From Octopus vulgaris (Eukaryota): 64,000 nucleotides of DNA. The translations under genes were made by a program, and so were the position numbers. This document shows positions 49,628-61,234 of the stretch, piece after piece (position 1 is the stretch's first letter; each line of letters begins with the position of its first letter). The notes under the pieces were generated by a model, which saw nothing but the letters and a program-made list of their open reading frames with translations, had not been told where the DNA came from and did not search any database. The DNA is taken from contig OX597835.1 of the NCBI GenBank assembly GCA_951406725.2, positions 22,134,001-22,198,000 of the forward strand. The letters are read 5' to 3'.

Positions 49628-50010
49628 TGGAGGCGCAATGGCCCAGTGGTTAGGGCAGCGGGCTCGTGGTCGTAGGATCGTGGTTTCAATTCCCAGACCG
49701 GGCGTTGTGAGTGTTTATTGAGCGAAAACGCCTAAAGCTCCATGGAGCTCCGGCAGGGATGGTGGTGATCCCTGCTGTACTCTTTCACCACAACTTTCTC
49801 TCACTCTTACTTCCTGTTTCTGTCGTACCTGTATTTCAAAGGGCCAGCCTTGTCACTCTCTGTGTCATGCTGAATATCCCTGGGAACTACGTTAAGGGTA
49901 CACGTGTCTGTGGAGTGCTCAGCCACTTGCACGTTAATTTCACGAGCAGGCTGTTCCGTTGATCGGATCAACCGGAACCCTCGTCGTCGTAACCGACGGA
50001 GTGCTTCCAT
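49628..50010 (+). mobile_element. SINE family C (tRNA-like head GGAGGCGCAATGGCCCAGTGGTTAGGG)
   Basis: A-box TGGCCCAGTGG and B-box GTTTCAATTCC. Relatives at 53850-54150 (+), 14775-15097 (-), 26260-26520 (-), 3200-3530 (+) and 57590-57850 (+). Confidence 0.82.
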
Positions 50011-50771
50011 CCATACATGCACACACACACACAAATTATGTTTCACGTGTGCAGCACTATTGCATCTCAGTAGATAGATTTATACGCCACCTATATACAC
50101 TTGAGGTGAGCAGTTTGAGTTTGTCTTGAGAACAAAACAAGAATACGGTGCCAATGAGCTGAAATAACGGCAGACTATATGTCATTTTCATTCACCTGCA
50201 GGACAATCCAAGTATGACCATCTCCTAGCTTTTAACAATGTTTTGCTTTTCAACACATATGCATTATGTGACAATGATAATATATATCATGTCTTGTGAA
50301 TTTCATTTCCTTCCGTATTGTTTATAAACTCTACGGACATGAAGGAATTTCTAAAGTAAACCTAATGGCATATACCTCCGTACTATTGTTGACATAAGGT
50401 AGCCGAATACCGTGAAGAGGCTTTAAACAGCATACTACAAGGTGTATACACAAATATAAAATTACCCACACACACATATATATATATATATAACTAATTT
50501 CTTTCAGTTTCCATGTAGCAAATCCACTCACAATGCTTTGGCTGGCCCTGGGCAATAGTCGAAGACACTTGCACAAAATAATGCCCTATGTGGCTGACTC
50601 TAAAACCATTTAGTTAGGAAGCAGACCTCTTAAGTACCCAACCGTGTCTGCAGCATCTATAGAATGTTAGAAATACTGTGATAATCTTTGATTGTTTCGT
50701 GTGAGGAATCGATGAAAACTTAGTCTTTTGTTTTGTCTTCAAAATCTATTTCACTGTTTTGTAACATTTAA

Positions 50772-50927
<156 letters not shown>

Positions 50928-51357
50928 TAAGTAAGACTTATTTAAACGAGCCATATATGGCCCAAATCTTTTCTACCCCTTTTTATGTTCAAACTGGCCA
51001 GATCTGGCCTCTCATACCTACCCTACAGTGTCATTCTAAAAATAAACAATGACATCAAAATCTCAAAATTATGAAATAATGCATGATTAATTCAAAACAA
51101 TTGCTCAAGCTCCCATGTTGGAATCTTGGACGACAGGCTTTCAGTTTCCGTCTACCAAATCCACTTATATAACATAGACACCCACACACTGGGTTTCTTT
51201 CAGTTTCCGTCTGGAGCTGTAGCAGAAGACACTTGCTCAAGGTGCCATGCAGTGGGACTGAACCCAGAACCAAGTGGTCGGGAAGCAAACTTCTTACCAC
51301 ATACCCACATCTGCACCTGTTAGGTTTGTGTGTGTGTGTATATAAATAAATATATAA

Positions 51358-51397
<40 letters not shown>

Positions 51398-51468
51398 CAA
51401 CAAAATCAAGGAACGGCCATAATGAGCCATTCACCCATATATATATATATATATATATAAATATAAAT

Positions 51469-51667
51469 ATAAATATAAGAGAGTGACCACTATGTGGTCT
51501 ACTCTAGTGCTAAAAATAGATCCGCTATGGAATAGCCACTAAAATTGTCACTAAAATAGCCACTAAAATGTGGTATTTCTACTCGGAGACAATTTTAGTG
51601 GCTATTCCATAGCGGATCTATTTTAGCACTAGAGTAGACCACATAGTGATCGCTCTCTTATATTTAT
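51469..51667. repeat. Long inverted repeat (two ~80-bp arms, 38-bp spacer)
   Basis: 51469-51549 is the reverse complement of 51588-51667, with about 3 differences. Confidence 0.93.
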
Positions 51668-52409
51668 GTATAAATTTGGATTGTATTCCCTGGTTTTTAT
51701 GTGCTAAGCCACTTGGTGTTAAATTATGGTATTATTAAATTAATATCAAATTTTTCACCCTCATTTATGAATATATATATATATGACCCCAGTCGAACTG
51801 TCCAACACATGCTAGCATGGAAAACGGACGTTAAACAATGATGATATATATATGTATATCATCATCATCATCGTTTAACGTCCACTTTCTATGCTAGCAT
51901 GGGTTGGATGGTTCAACTGGGGTCTGGGGAGCCCGAAGGCTGCACCAGGCCAGTCAGATCTGGCAGTGTTTCTACAGCTGGATGCCCTTCCTAATGCCAA
52001 CCACTCCGTGAGTGTAGTAGGTGCCAGACGAAGCGGGCGGACGGCCACGCTCGGATGGTGTTTTTTTTTTTTTTTTTATGTGCCACGGACACAGGTGCCA
52101 GACGAGGCTGGCGAATATATATATATATATATATATTGTGAGTGTGTGGGGGTTAACTTTTGCTAAATACATATTGTTGTAGAATATAAGCATCAGTGAG
52201 GAAGCTGAGAATTAAAAAACACTCACTTTATGGACCAGTTCCTTTACATCCAGTTAGTCACTAACTAGTCACTCTCTTCATCAGAGATTGACTCACTGGA
52301 AACCCCGTTACCAAAATCCCTAAATCCGTGTCTCCCCCCCCCCCACATCTCCAGCGATGTCCTTCTTGTCAAAAACTACCATCGTCATTGCCGTTTCTCT
52401 TCATTATAG

Positions 52410-52497
52410 AGATGCTGCCCGGTCTGCTCCGTCTTTTGGTGACCGACAAAGCTACCAGTTACCCCCTGGTGCCCTCGGACTTGCTGACAGAGCTGTT
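52410..52497 (+). CDS. ALAD: ALAD coding exon 6 (active-site lid)
   Basis: attatag|A GAT...GCT GTT|gtaagt. Encodes [29 protein letters not shown]; 88 bp. Confidence 0.97.
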
Positions 52498-52525
52498 GTA
52501 AGTATAGTCTCTTTACTCTTTCATG

Positions 52526-53121
52526 GTTAGCTGGCAGAAACGTTAGCACGCCGGGCGAAATGCTTAGCGGTATTTCGTCTGTCGTTATGTTCTGAGTTCA
52601 AATTCCGCCAAGGTCGACTTTGCCTTTCATCCTCTTGGGGTCGATAAATAAAGTACCAGTTTTCGCACTGGGGTCGATGTAATCGACTTAATCCCTTTTT
52701 CTGTCCTTGTTTGTCCTCTCAGTGTTTAGCCCCTTGTGGGTAGTAAAGAAATAGGTATTTCGTCTGTCGTTATGTTCTGAGTTCAAATTCCGCCGAGGTC
52801 GACTTTGCCTTTCATCCTATTGGGGTCGATAAATAAAGTACCAGTTTTCGCACTGGGTCGATGTAATCGACTTAATCCCTTTTTCTGTCCTCGTTTGTCC
52901 TCTCTGTGTTTAGCCCCTTGTGGGTAATAAAGAAATAGGTATTTCGTCTGCCGTTACGTTCTGAGTTCAAATTCCGCCAAGGTCGACTTTGCCTTTCATC
53001 CTCTTGGGGTCGATAAATAAAGTACCAGTTTTCGCACTGGGTCGATGTAATCGACTTAATCCCTTTTTCTGTCTTTGTTTGTCCTCTCTGTGTTTAGCCC
53101 CTTGTGGGTAGTAAAGAAATA
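52526..53121 (+). repeat. Three-unit family-B array flanked by a single 12-bp TSD
   Basis: Units start at 52569, 52754 and 52938. TACTCTTTCATG at 52514-52525 and 53122-53133. Confidence 0.92.
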
Positions 53122-53444
53122 TACTCTTTCATGTTTGTCTCTCTCTCTGTCTTGTTCTTTCATCCTCTCTCTCTCTCTCTCTCTCTACTCGTTTCTATCT
53201 TTCTCTTTTCAATATTCTCTTTCCCAACTCTTGTGTTTTGACTGTGTCTTTCTCTCTACTTCTTTGTCTTCCTCTCTCTAGTCTTTCTCTTTCCCTACTT
53301 CTTCTGTCTGTGTCTCTATGTCTGTCTAGTTCTCTTTTGTATCCAATTTTCTCTTTTGTTACTCCTGTGCATAAGTATATATGAATATGTGTGTTTGTGT
53401 CTCTCTCTCTTCCTTTGTCTCCTTTTCATTTACCTCTCTTTCTA

Positions 53445-53513
<69 letters not shown>

Positions 53514-54458
53514 CTGGTCATCTGCTTGAATATAAGTCTGTCTTATATTTCTCTCTGTCGATGTGTGTGTGTATCTTTGTTTACATCTCTCTCTCCCCAA
53601 TGGTTTTCATGATCATAGTCGGTGATATAGCTTGCAGCAGGCCTTGTTCCGTATGCAGCATTGAAAAGTCAACAACAATGACAAAATATCAATGTCTGTC
53701 ATTCAGAGAAGGGACCTGATGTGAGTTGTTTCCTTTGAATGTGACTTACTTTCAGGTGTGCTTTTACACTTAGGTGCATTGAAAATATATTCTCTTACCC
53801 CTATGACACAACTGACCCACAAACTAGCAACACACGCTTTATGTGTTTGTGGAGGCGCAATGGCCCGGTGGTTAGGGCAGCGGACTCGCGGTCGTAGGAT
53901 TGCGGTTTCGATTCCCATACCGGGTAAGTCCTGGGGTCGATTTATTCGACTTAAAACCCTCCAAGGTGGTTGGCTCCGGCAGGGGGTGGTGATCCTTGCT
54001 GTTCTCTTTCACCACTTTTTCTCTCACTCTTTCTTCTACTGGCCTGCTCGCTTAGCCAGCGGGGTGGCGTCATTCAACAGTTTTTAATTCAATGACATTT
54101 TTTATAAAAAAAAATATACATCTGATGGTCTGGTCGGTCACGTGATCACATGATATATATATATATATATATATATATCACTGTGACCAACCAGGCTATC
54201 AGATGTTGCTACACATCGCTGGTCACAATGCATTTCACATAATAATTATATTGTCTACGAAAGCGATTCACAAGGCTTTGGTCAACCCAGAGCTCTAGTA
54301 GAAGACACTTGCTTAGGGTGCCGTGCTGTGGGAATGAACCCAAAATCATGTGCTTGGGAAGCAGTTGCTTTAACCACATAGCCACAATTACACCCCTATA
54401 CCTATATGTCTTTGTTCTGTGGGTAATTCTTAAAATCTTTGTCTGTCTGTTTGTCTAG

Positions 54459-54545
54459 GAGCGTGATATTGAAGAAGGTGCTGATATGATTATGGTGAAA
54501 CCTGGTTTGCCATATTTAGACGTAGTACAACAAATTCGGTCAAAG
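54459..54545 (+). CDS. ALAD: ALAD coding exon 7 (Schiff-base Lys, MVKP)
   Basis: gtctag|GAG...AAG|gtgagt. Encodes [29 protein letters not shown]; 87 bp. Confidence 0.98.
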
Positions 54546-55267
54546 GTGAGTTCTTTCTCTTCCGGTCTGTTTGTGCATCTTATCTGTCTGTCTATCCATC
54601 TCTCTCTCTCTCTCTCTTTGATACAAGTTTTCTCTGACCAGCTTAATAACCCTTTAACATTTAAACCATTTAAACTGGCCCTAATATTCTATGTGTGTTA
54701 TGCTAAAACTGACCAGATCCGGAAAATAAATAAAAGAGAGAGAGAACGAGCAGAAGTTACTTAATCAAGCTAAAAATATACAATCACATCTACACTTTTG
54801 GAGTGGTTGGCACCAGGAAGAGCATCCAGCTGTAGAACCTTGCTAAATTAGATTGGAACCTGATGTGGCTCACCAGCTAACCAGTTTTCAGTCAAACCGT
54901 CCAACCCGTGCCAGAATGGAAAACAGATGGTTAACCCTTCAGCATTTATACCAGCCATATCCAACCAAAATATTGTCCCTTTTTTCTGTTCAAACCAGCC
55001 AGGTCTGGTCTCTCACACCTACCCTTCAATGTCATTCTAAAAATAAACAAGTCACATCATCAATATCTTGGAGCTATGAGATAATGTATGAGCGTCCATG
55101 CTAATGGCACATAAAAAGTGGCACACTACGCCCTTGGAGTGGTTGGCATTAGGAAGGGCGTCCAGCTGTAGAAACCATGCCAAGTCAGATTGGAACCTGG
55201 TGCGGCTCCCCAGCTTACCTGTTTTCAGTCAAACCATCCAACCCATGCCAGCATGGAATGTGAACAT

Positions 55268-55435
55268 TAGTTAGTTAGTTAATTTTTTGGCTCAAAAAGC
55301 AAAAAAGCAAGGCCATGTAGGGGGACATGGAGTTATGTACAGGGTGGTGTTCATGTAAAGAGTTCAGGCCACTTGTGGTCAAGGGAGACTTTGAACCGAG
55401 CGGTCGTCGGCATCTTCACCATCTTGTCCGGCATC
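55268..55435 (-). mobile_element. CR1/L2-like LINE 3' end with (ACTA)n tail
   Basis: Minus strand encodes MPDKMVKMPTTARFKVSLDHKWPELFT* (LPxxVV...FKxxLDxxW C-terminal pattern), then a short UTR and AACTAACTAACTAA. Confidence 0.7.
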
Positions 55436-55641
55436 GTCATCATTGAAATCTTGAAGCTGCAAGACGATGCAGAATTAATTCAAAACAATGTGAATAAAAA
55501 AGCATTATATTCGAGAAAGAAACCTAAATGCTAAATGGTTAAGTAAAACAAGTGGGACTTTAAGCAAATTCCCACTGTAAAAGGCTTGTAGGGTTGCTTC
55601 CTAACTGAAAATCGGACTTTGGCATTTTCTTCTGCTGATAT

Positions 55642-56008
55642 ACTCTCTTTTACTCTTTTACTCTTTTACTTGTTTCAGTCATTAGACTGCGGCCATGCTG
55701 GAGCACCGCCTTTAATCGAGCAACTTGAACCCAGGACTTATTCTTTTGTAAGCCCAGTACTTATTCTATCGGTCTCTTTTGCCGAACTGCTAAGTAACAG
55801 GGACATAAACACACCAGCATTGGTTGTCAAGCAATGCTAGGGGGACAAACACATACACACACATATATATATATATACATATATGCGTCTACCAAATCCA
55901 CTCACAAGGCCTTGGTCGGCCCGAGGCTATAGTAGAAGACACTTGCCCAAGATGCCACGCAGTGGGACTGAACCTGGAACCACTTACCACACAGCCACTC
56001 CTGCGCCT
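55642..56008 (-). mobile_element. SINE family A with small internal deletions
   Basis: Reverse complement of the 4990 copy. Confidence 0.85.
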
Positions 56009-56125
56009 GAAACATTTTTTGTTTGTTTTTTTTTCTTTATATATTTCTATTTTTTAATCTTTTGTCTCCTCCCTCCATCTTATTATTAAATCACTATATT
56101 ATTATTGTTGTTGGTGTTGTTTTAG

Positions 56126-56277
56126 TATCCATCACATCCGTTAGCTGTTTATCAAGTGTCTGGAGAATATCAGCCACTTGTGTGTTAATTTCGCAAGCAG
56201 GTTCCCTCTCTCTCTTTCGGGAGTCTTTAATCTGAAGCAAGTTGTCTTGGAGACATTAACTGGGATGCGACGTGCAG
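56126..56277 (+). CDS. ALAD: ALAD coding exon 8, disrupted as written by a 49-bp foreign patch (56171-56219)
   Basis: ttttag|TAT CCA gives YPSHPLAVYQVSGEY, followed by 49 non-ALAD bases with an in-frame TAA (56186-56188). GVFNLKQVVLETLTGMRRAG|gtaagt then resumes in another frame at 56220. About 9 codons (AMLxHxxxx) are missing. Confidence 0.92.
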
Positions 56278-56829
56278 GTAAGTTTTTTCTTTTACTTTAT
56301 TATTATCTTATTTCTTTGGCTTCTATCTTTATAGAATCATATTGGTTTTGGACATCCATGCACAATCACACACACACACACACTTGCAAACAATGAAATG
56401 GACTTCATGACTATGACGAGATAGTTTCAAGACTTGTAAAATATTCCATTGCCAAGCTATCCAATCCTTCCGCACATTGCCAAACTTTACTACTGCTACC
56501 ACCACCACTACTACCACTAGTTATAATGATGCTGTAGCTATTACTCTGGGTGTCTTTATGTCCTTGTAACTTAGCAGCTCAGCAAAAGAGGCTGATAAAA
56601 TAAGTACTAGGTTTAAGATGTAAGTCCTGGGGTCGATTTATTCGACTTAAAACCCTCCAAGGTGGTTCCAGCGCGATCAGAGTTAAATGGCTGAAACAAG
56701 AAAAAGAATACATATATATATATATATTGATGTATTTGGGGATGGTCATGTTGCTAGTTTGGCCAATGAAAACTCACACATATATATTTGTTCACTTGCT
56801 TGAGCTTTATTTCATATTAATTCTATTTC

Positions 56830-56869
56830 GGCCAGAGTTCTTTCGTCACACTTTTGTGACCTCATCAGT
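56830..56869 (-). ncRNA. Hammerhead motif, same family as 12322-12364
   Basis: Minus strand CTGATGA G GTCAC aaaagt GTGAC GAAA GAACTC TGGC. The 5' strand of stem I is overwritten by a copied patch; an inverted half copy GAAAGAACTCTGGC lies at ~57099. Confidence 0.65.
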
Positions 56870-58446
56870 TTTTAATTCAATGACATTTTTTATAAAAAAA
56901 AATATAAATCTAACTCATTTTCCTTCGTTAATTACAAGTCATTAACACATGGTTTTTAATTTAGGATACATATCTAAATATTATTTTATTTATATTATAT
57001 ATATATATATATATACAAAATAATTAAGGAAAAGTCATTAGGGATGAGGTGCTAATGAGTGCCTGTTGTCTTTTCCTCATTTGCTTTCCTTTTTGGCCGA
57101 AAGAACTCTGGCTGAAATAAAGCTGAAGCAAACGAACACCAAAGATACGTATATATATATATATATATATTTTATTTTTCCCTCTCCTATGTCCCTGTGT
57201 CATTGCGCTGGGCCGAATTTGGAGTGAAGGAAGAAATGCAAAGCTGACCTCTGCTGGCGTTGGCACTTCTAAGTCAAGGGGCATAACTCGATGTTAGCAG
57301 ATATTTTTATGTCAGTGTTCTCTTAACTGACATAGTCTACCAACAGCCAATCGCTTCTGATTTAATCATCATCGTCGTTTTAACGTTCACTTTTCCATGC
57401 TTGCATGGGTCAGACGGAATTTATTGAGGTAGATTTTGTATGGCTGGTTGTTCTTCTTTTCATGTTGCTTCTGTCCACTTGGCTGTAAATGGGTAACTTT
57501 GTGACAAATTGGTGTACAAGGGTGAGATGGGGATTCAGCACAATCACTCAAACCAATGTCTCACAAACCTCGTTTTGTATTTGATGAAGGCACATGCATG
57601 GCTTAGGGGTCAGGCTTATTCCACAATCGTAAGGCTATGAGTTTGACTCTTGACAACACATTTTGTCCTTGAGCAAGACACTTTATTTCACATTGCTCCA
57701 AGTTCACTCAGCTGGCAAAAATAAGTTTTACCTGGAATTCAAAAGGGGCAGCCATGTCACAGTATATCTCTGTGAGAACTACATTATGGGTATATGCGTC
57801 TGTGGTGTACTCAGCCACTTGTGTGTTAATTTCGCAAGCAGGTTCCCCTCTCTCTCTTTCGGAGAGGCACTGAGCAGCTATACGCACACATACACACACG
57901 GCAGTAACTTCCACCTACCGAATTCAATCACAAAGCTCCGGTCGGCCCGGGGCTATAGTGGAAGACACCTACCCAAAGTGCCACGCAGTGGGACTGAACC
58001 CGAAACCATGCAGCTAGGCAGCAAGCTCCCTAACCACACAGCCATGCCCGCGAATTGACTGGGTACACTTATTGTAACTGAGAGAGAGCAAGGCCTTCAG
58101 CCTATCAAAAGTACTGTAAATCCCAGCTGGTTGGTATTAGTTGTTCAACCACATCGAGATATACATCATCATCATCATAATCATCATCATCTTACGTCCG
58201 TTTTCCTTGCTGGCATGGGTTGGATGGTTTGACTGAAAACTGGTAAGCTGGGAGGCTGCACCAGGCTTCAGTCTGATTTGGCATGGTTTCTACAGCTGGA
58301 TGCCCTTCCTAATGCCAACCACTCCAAGAGCGTAATGGGTGCTTTTTACATGTCACCAGCACAGGTTCCAGTTACGAAACACCCACATTGGCCATAACTA
58401 TGGTCTTACTTGGCTTGACAGGTCTTCTCAAGTATGGTATATTTGA

Positions 58447-59082
58447 GGTGGCGAGCTGGCAGAAGCGTTAGCACGCCGGGCGAAATGCTTTGTGGTATTT
58501 TGTCCGCTGCAGCGTTCTGAGTTCAAATTCCACCGAGGTCGACTTTGCCTTTCATCCTTTCATCATCATCATCATCATCGTTTAACGTCTGTTCTCCATG
58601 CTAGCATGGGTTGGACGGTTCGACCGGGGATCTGGGAAGCCAGAAGGCTGCACCAGGCTCCAGTCTTCTCTGGCAATGTTTCTACAGCTGGATGCCCTTC
58701 CTAACGCCAACCACTCCGTGAGTGCTGTGGGTGCTTTTTCTGTGCCACCTGCACAGGTGCCAGGCGAGGCTGGCAACGGCCACGGTCGGATTGGTGTATT
58801 TTATGTGCCACCAGCACGGAAGCCAGTCAAGGCGGCGCTGGCATCGGCCACGAGTCGGATAGTGCTTTTTACGTACCACCAGACCAGGGATCCTGGCTGG
58901 TTCAATTCGATTTCGATTTCGCTTTCGCTTGCCCCAACATGTCTTCGCAAGCAAAGGGGGCTTTCAGGGTCGATAAATTAAGTACCAGTGACGCACTGGG
59001 GTCAATGTAATCGACTTAATCCGTTTGTCTGTCCTTGTTTGTCCCCCTCTATGTTTAGCCCCTTGTGGGTAGTAAAGAAATA
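58447..59082 (+). mobile_element. Family-B SINE interrupted by an antisense RTE 3'-end fragment (58561-58960)
   Basis: The SINE breaks at ...CCTTT|CATCATC and resumes CTTTCAGGGTCG; outer TSD GGTATATT. Confidence 0.88.
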
Positions 59083-59264
59083 GGTATATTACCAAAGATC
59101 TTAGTGGTCTCCCTCACTTGTTACTGCCTCTGTGAGGCCCAAAGTTCAAACTGTGCTTTTGATGTTTACTACTTCAGTTATTCTTTACATTTGTTGCCAT
59201 TTCAGTTTTCCTACTTGTTTAATCCTTCTTCACACCTGCTCTGTCAATTTCTTTCTATTTACAG

Positions 59265-59335
59265 GTGCTGTGATGTTGATTACGTATTTTGCACCTGACG
59301 TCTTAGAGTGGTTATCTGATCCCTGCAAGAAGTGA
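59265..59335 (+). CDS. ALAD: ALAD terminal coding exon 9
   Basis: tttacag|GT GCT...; encodes (G)AVMLITYFAPDVLEWLSDPCKK*, matching the xxITY(Y/F)xPxxLxWL C-terminus. Confidence 0.93.
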
Positions 59336-59504
59336 AGAACAAGACATGCGCCATTTCACAGCAGCACAGACACAACACAAAACCATCCATGTTGGGCAGT
59401 TAATGATGTTGATGAGGAAGCAAATCTTCATTTTTGTTTGTGTGTGTGTTTCTCTGTTTTCCTTCACTTTATTTCATTATCTCATTATCATTTACAACAA
59501 CAAC

Positions 59505-59510
59505 AATAAA
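59505..59510 (+). promoter_or_regulatory. Candidate polyadenylation signal of ALAD
   Basis: AATAAA about 170 nt after the stop codon, followed by U/GU-rich sequence. AT-rich context makes a chance match possible. Confidence 0.35.
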
Positions 59511-59682
59511 AAAAACATTCATTTAAAAGGATTTTTTTTTAGTTGGTGATGGGTGATACACTTTATATTTTGTTCTTCAATGACATTTTTTATAAAAAAA
59601 AAATATAAATCTAACTCATTTTCCTTCGTTAATTACAAGTCATTAACACATGGTTTTTAATTTAGGATACATATCTAAATAT

Positions 59683-59723
<41 letters not shown>

Positions 59724-60054
59724 GTATATAAAATAATTAAGGAAAAGTCATTAGGGATGAGGTGCTAATGAGTGCCTGTTGTCTTTTCCTCTTTTTTTGA
59801 GTAGTTTATTTAAATTTAAATTTTGTTTAATTATTTTTATTTTTCCCTCTCTATGTCCCTCCATGCACTTATAAATTGTTGACATACATTAGTATTCTAG
59901 TTTTTTATGTACTTGTATAATCAAGTGACTATATCTTCCCTCACCCCTGTCTAAGACCATACCCCTCCCACTCTGGAAATCTTACCCCCTCCCCCCAAAA
60001 AAGGTTGGTCTTATTTGTGTCTTATTCAGAGAAGACACTGATATATAATTTAAT

Positions 60055-60103
<49 letters not shown>

Positions 60104-60161
60104 CGAAAGTAAAAATATTTGATTACACTTGCGTTAAACTCCATTAATTTATTCATTTATA

Positions 60162-60194
<33 letters not shown>

Positions 60195-61013
60195 ATATGT
60201 ATATATATAAAATTTAATTTACTTGAAAAAATTTTTTTTACAATCTTATTCTAGATGTTTTAAAAATATTAAAGGATTAAGTTTCTTGAGTTTGGCAACG
60301 GTTTATTATTTTACAATAGTTTAAGTCGATGTTTTTACATATATGAGCTTTCATATGGTCGTAAAGTGTTATCTGGCCCAACAGACTGGTTACACTGATA
60401 TACATGTAGGCTGTGTGGACCTTCTTAGCAACTGTCTCTCATGCAAAAAGAAAAAGAAAGAAAAACAATAAAAATCAGCAAAAATGAAACATTTATATTA
60501 AAAATAAATTGCTTCTTTGAATGGGTATGCATATCTTTGGCTTAAATAGAATGGCCAGCATTGCATACATGAAAAAGCACTAATCTACAGTAAACTCCCC
60601 TCGTTTGGCTTCACTGGGACCAGAGGATTAGCAAATCTCTGAATATTCTGTTAAGTTATCTCTACAGATATTCCATGCAATTTAGAGCCAGCGCTGTGAA
60701 TTTGTCTGATGATCACTTTTTAAATGATCAGAGCACCTTACGAAAAATTCATTAATCTTTTAGCATTCAATGTCCCTCTGTCAGAAATGTAATGCTTATT
60801 AATCCTGCATTATCTCATAGCTTTGAAATTTCATTGATGTGATTGCCAGTGGCACGTAAAAGCACCCACTACACTCTCGGAGTGGTTGGCGTTAGGAAGG
60901 GCATCCAGCTGTAGAAACTCTGCCAGATCAAGATTGAAGCCTGATGCAGCCATCTAGTTCGCCAGCCCTCAGTCATTCGTCCAACCCATGCTAGCATGGA
61001 AAGCGGACGTTAA

Positions 61014-61234
61014 CCCTTTAGCATTTAAACCGGCCATATCCGGCCAAAAATATTCTGCCTGTTTTATGTTCAAACAGACCAGATCTGGTCTCTCACACCA
61101 ACCCTACAATATTGTTTTAAAAATTAAGAGCTACCTCATCGAAATCTCATAGCTACAAGATAATGCATGATTAATTCAAAACAATGTGGATGAAGAAGCA
61201 TTAATTTTGGCAGAATAATGCGAACACTAAAGGG
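61014..61234. mobile_element. piggyBac-type MITE family 1 (221 bp)
   Basis: TTAA|CCCTTTAG...CTAAAGGG|TTAA, inserted into the TTAA of an RTE tail (GGACGTTAAAC), so the duplicated target is directly visible. Relatives at 151-725, 48795-49014, 50935-51100 and 54934-55540. Confidence 0.9.

Noticed and set aside
49628-49702. Possible tRNA genes at SINE heads (also 53850, 15030-15097, 43384-43442)
   Set aside because: A and B boxes are present, but acceptor and anticodon stems do not close properly and the sequences run straight into repeat bodies.
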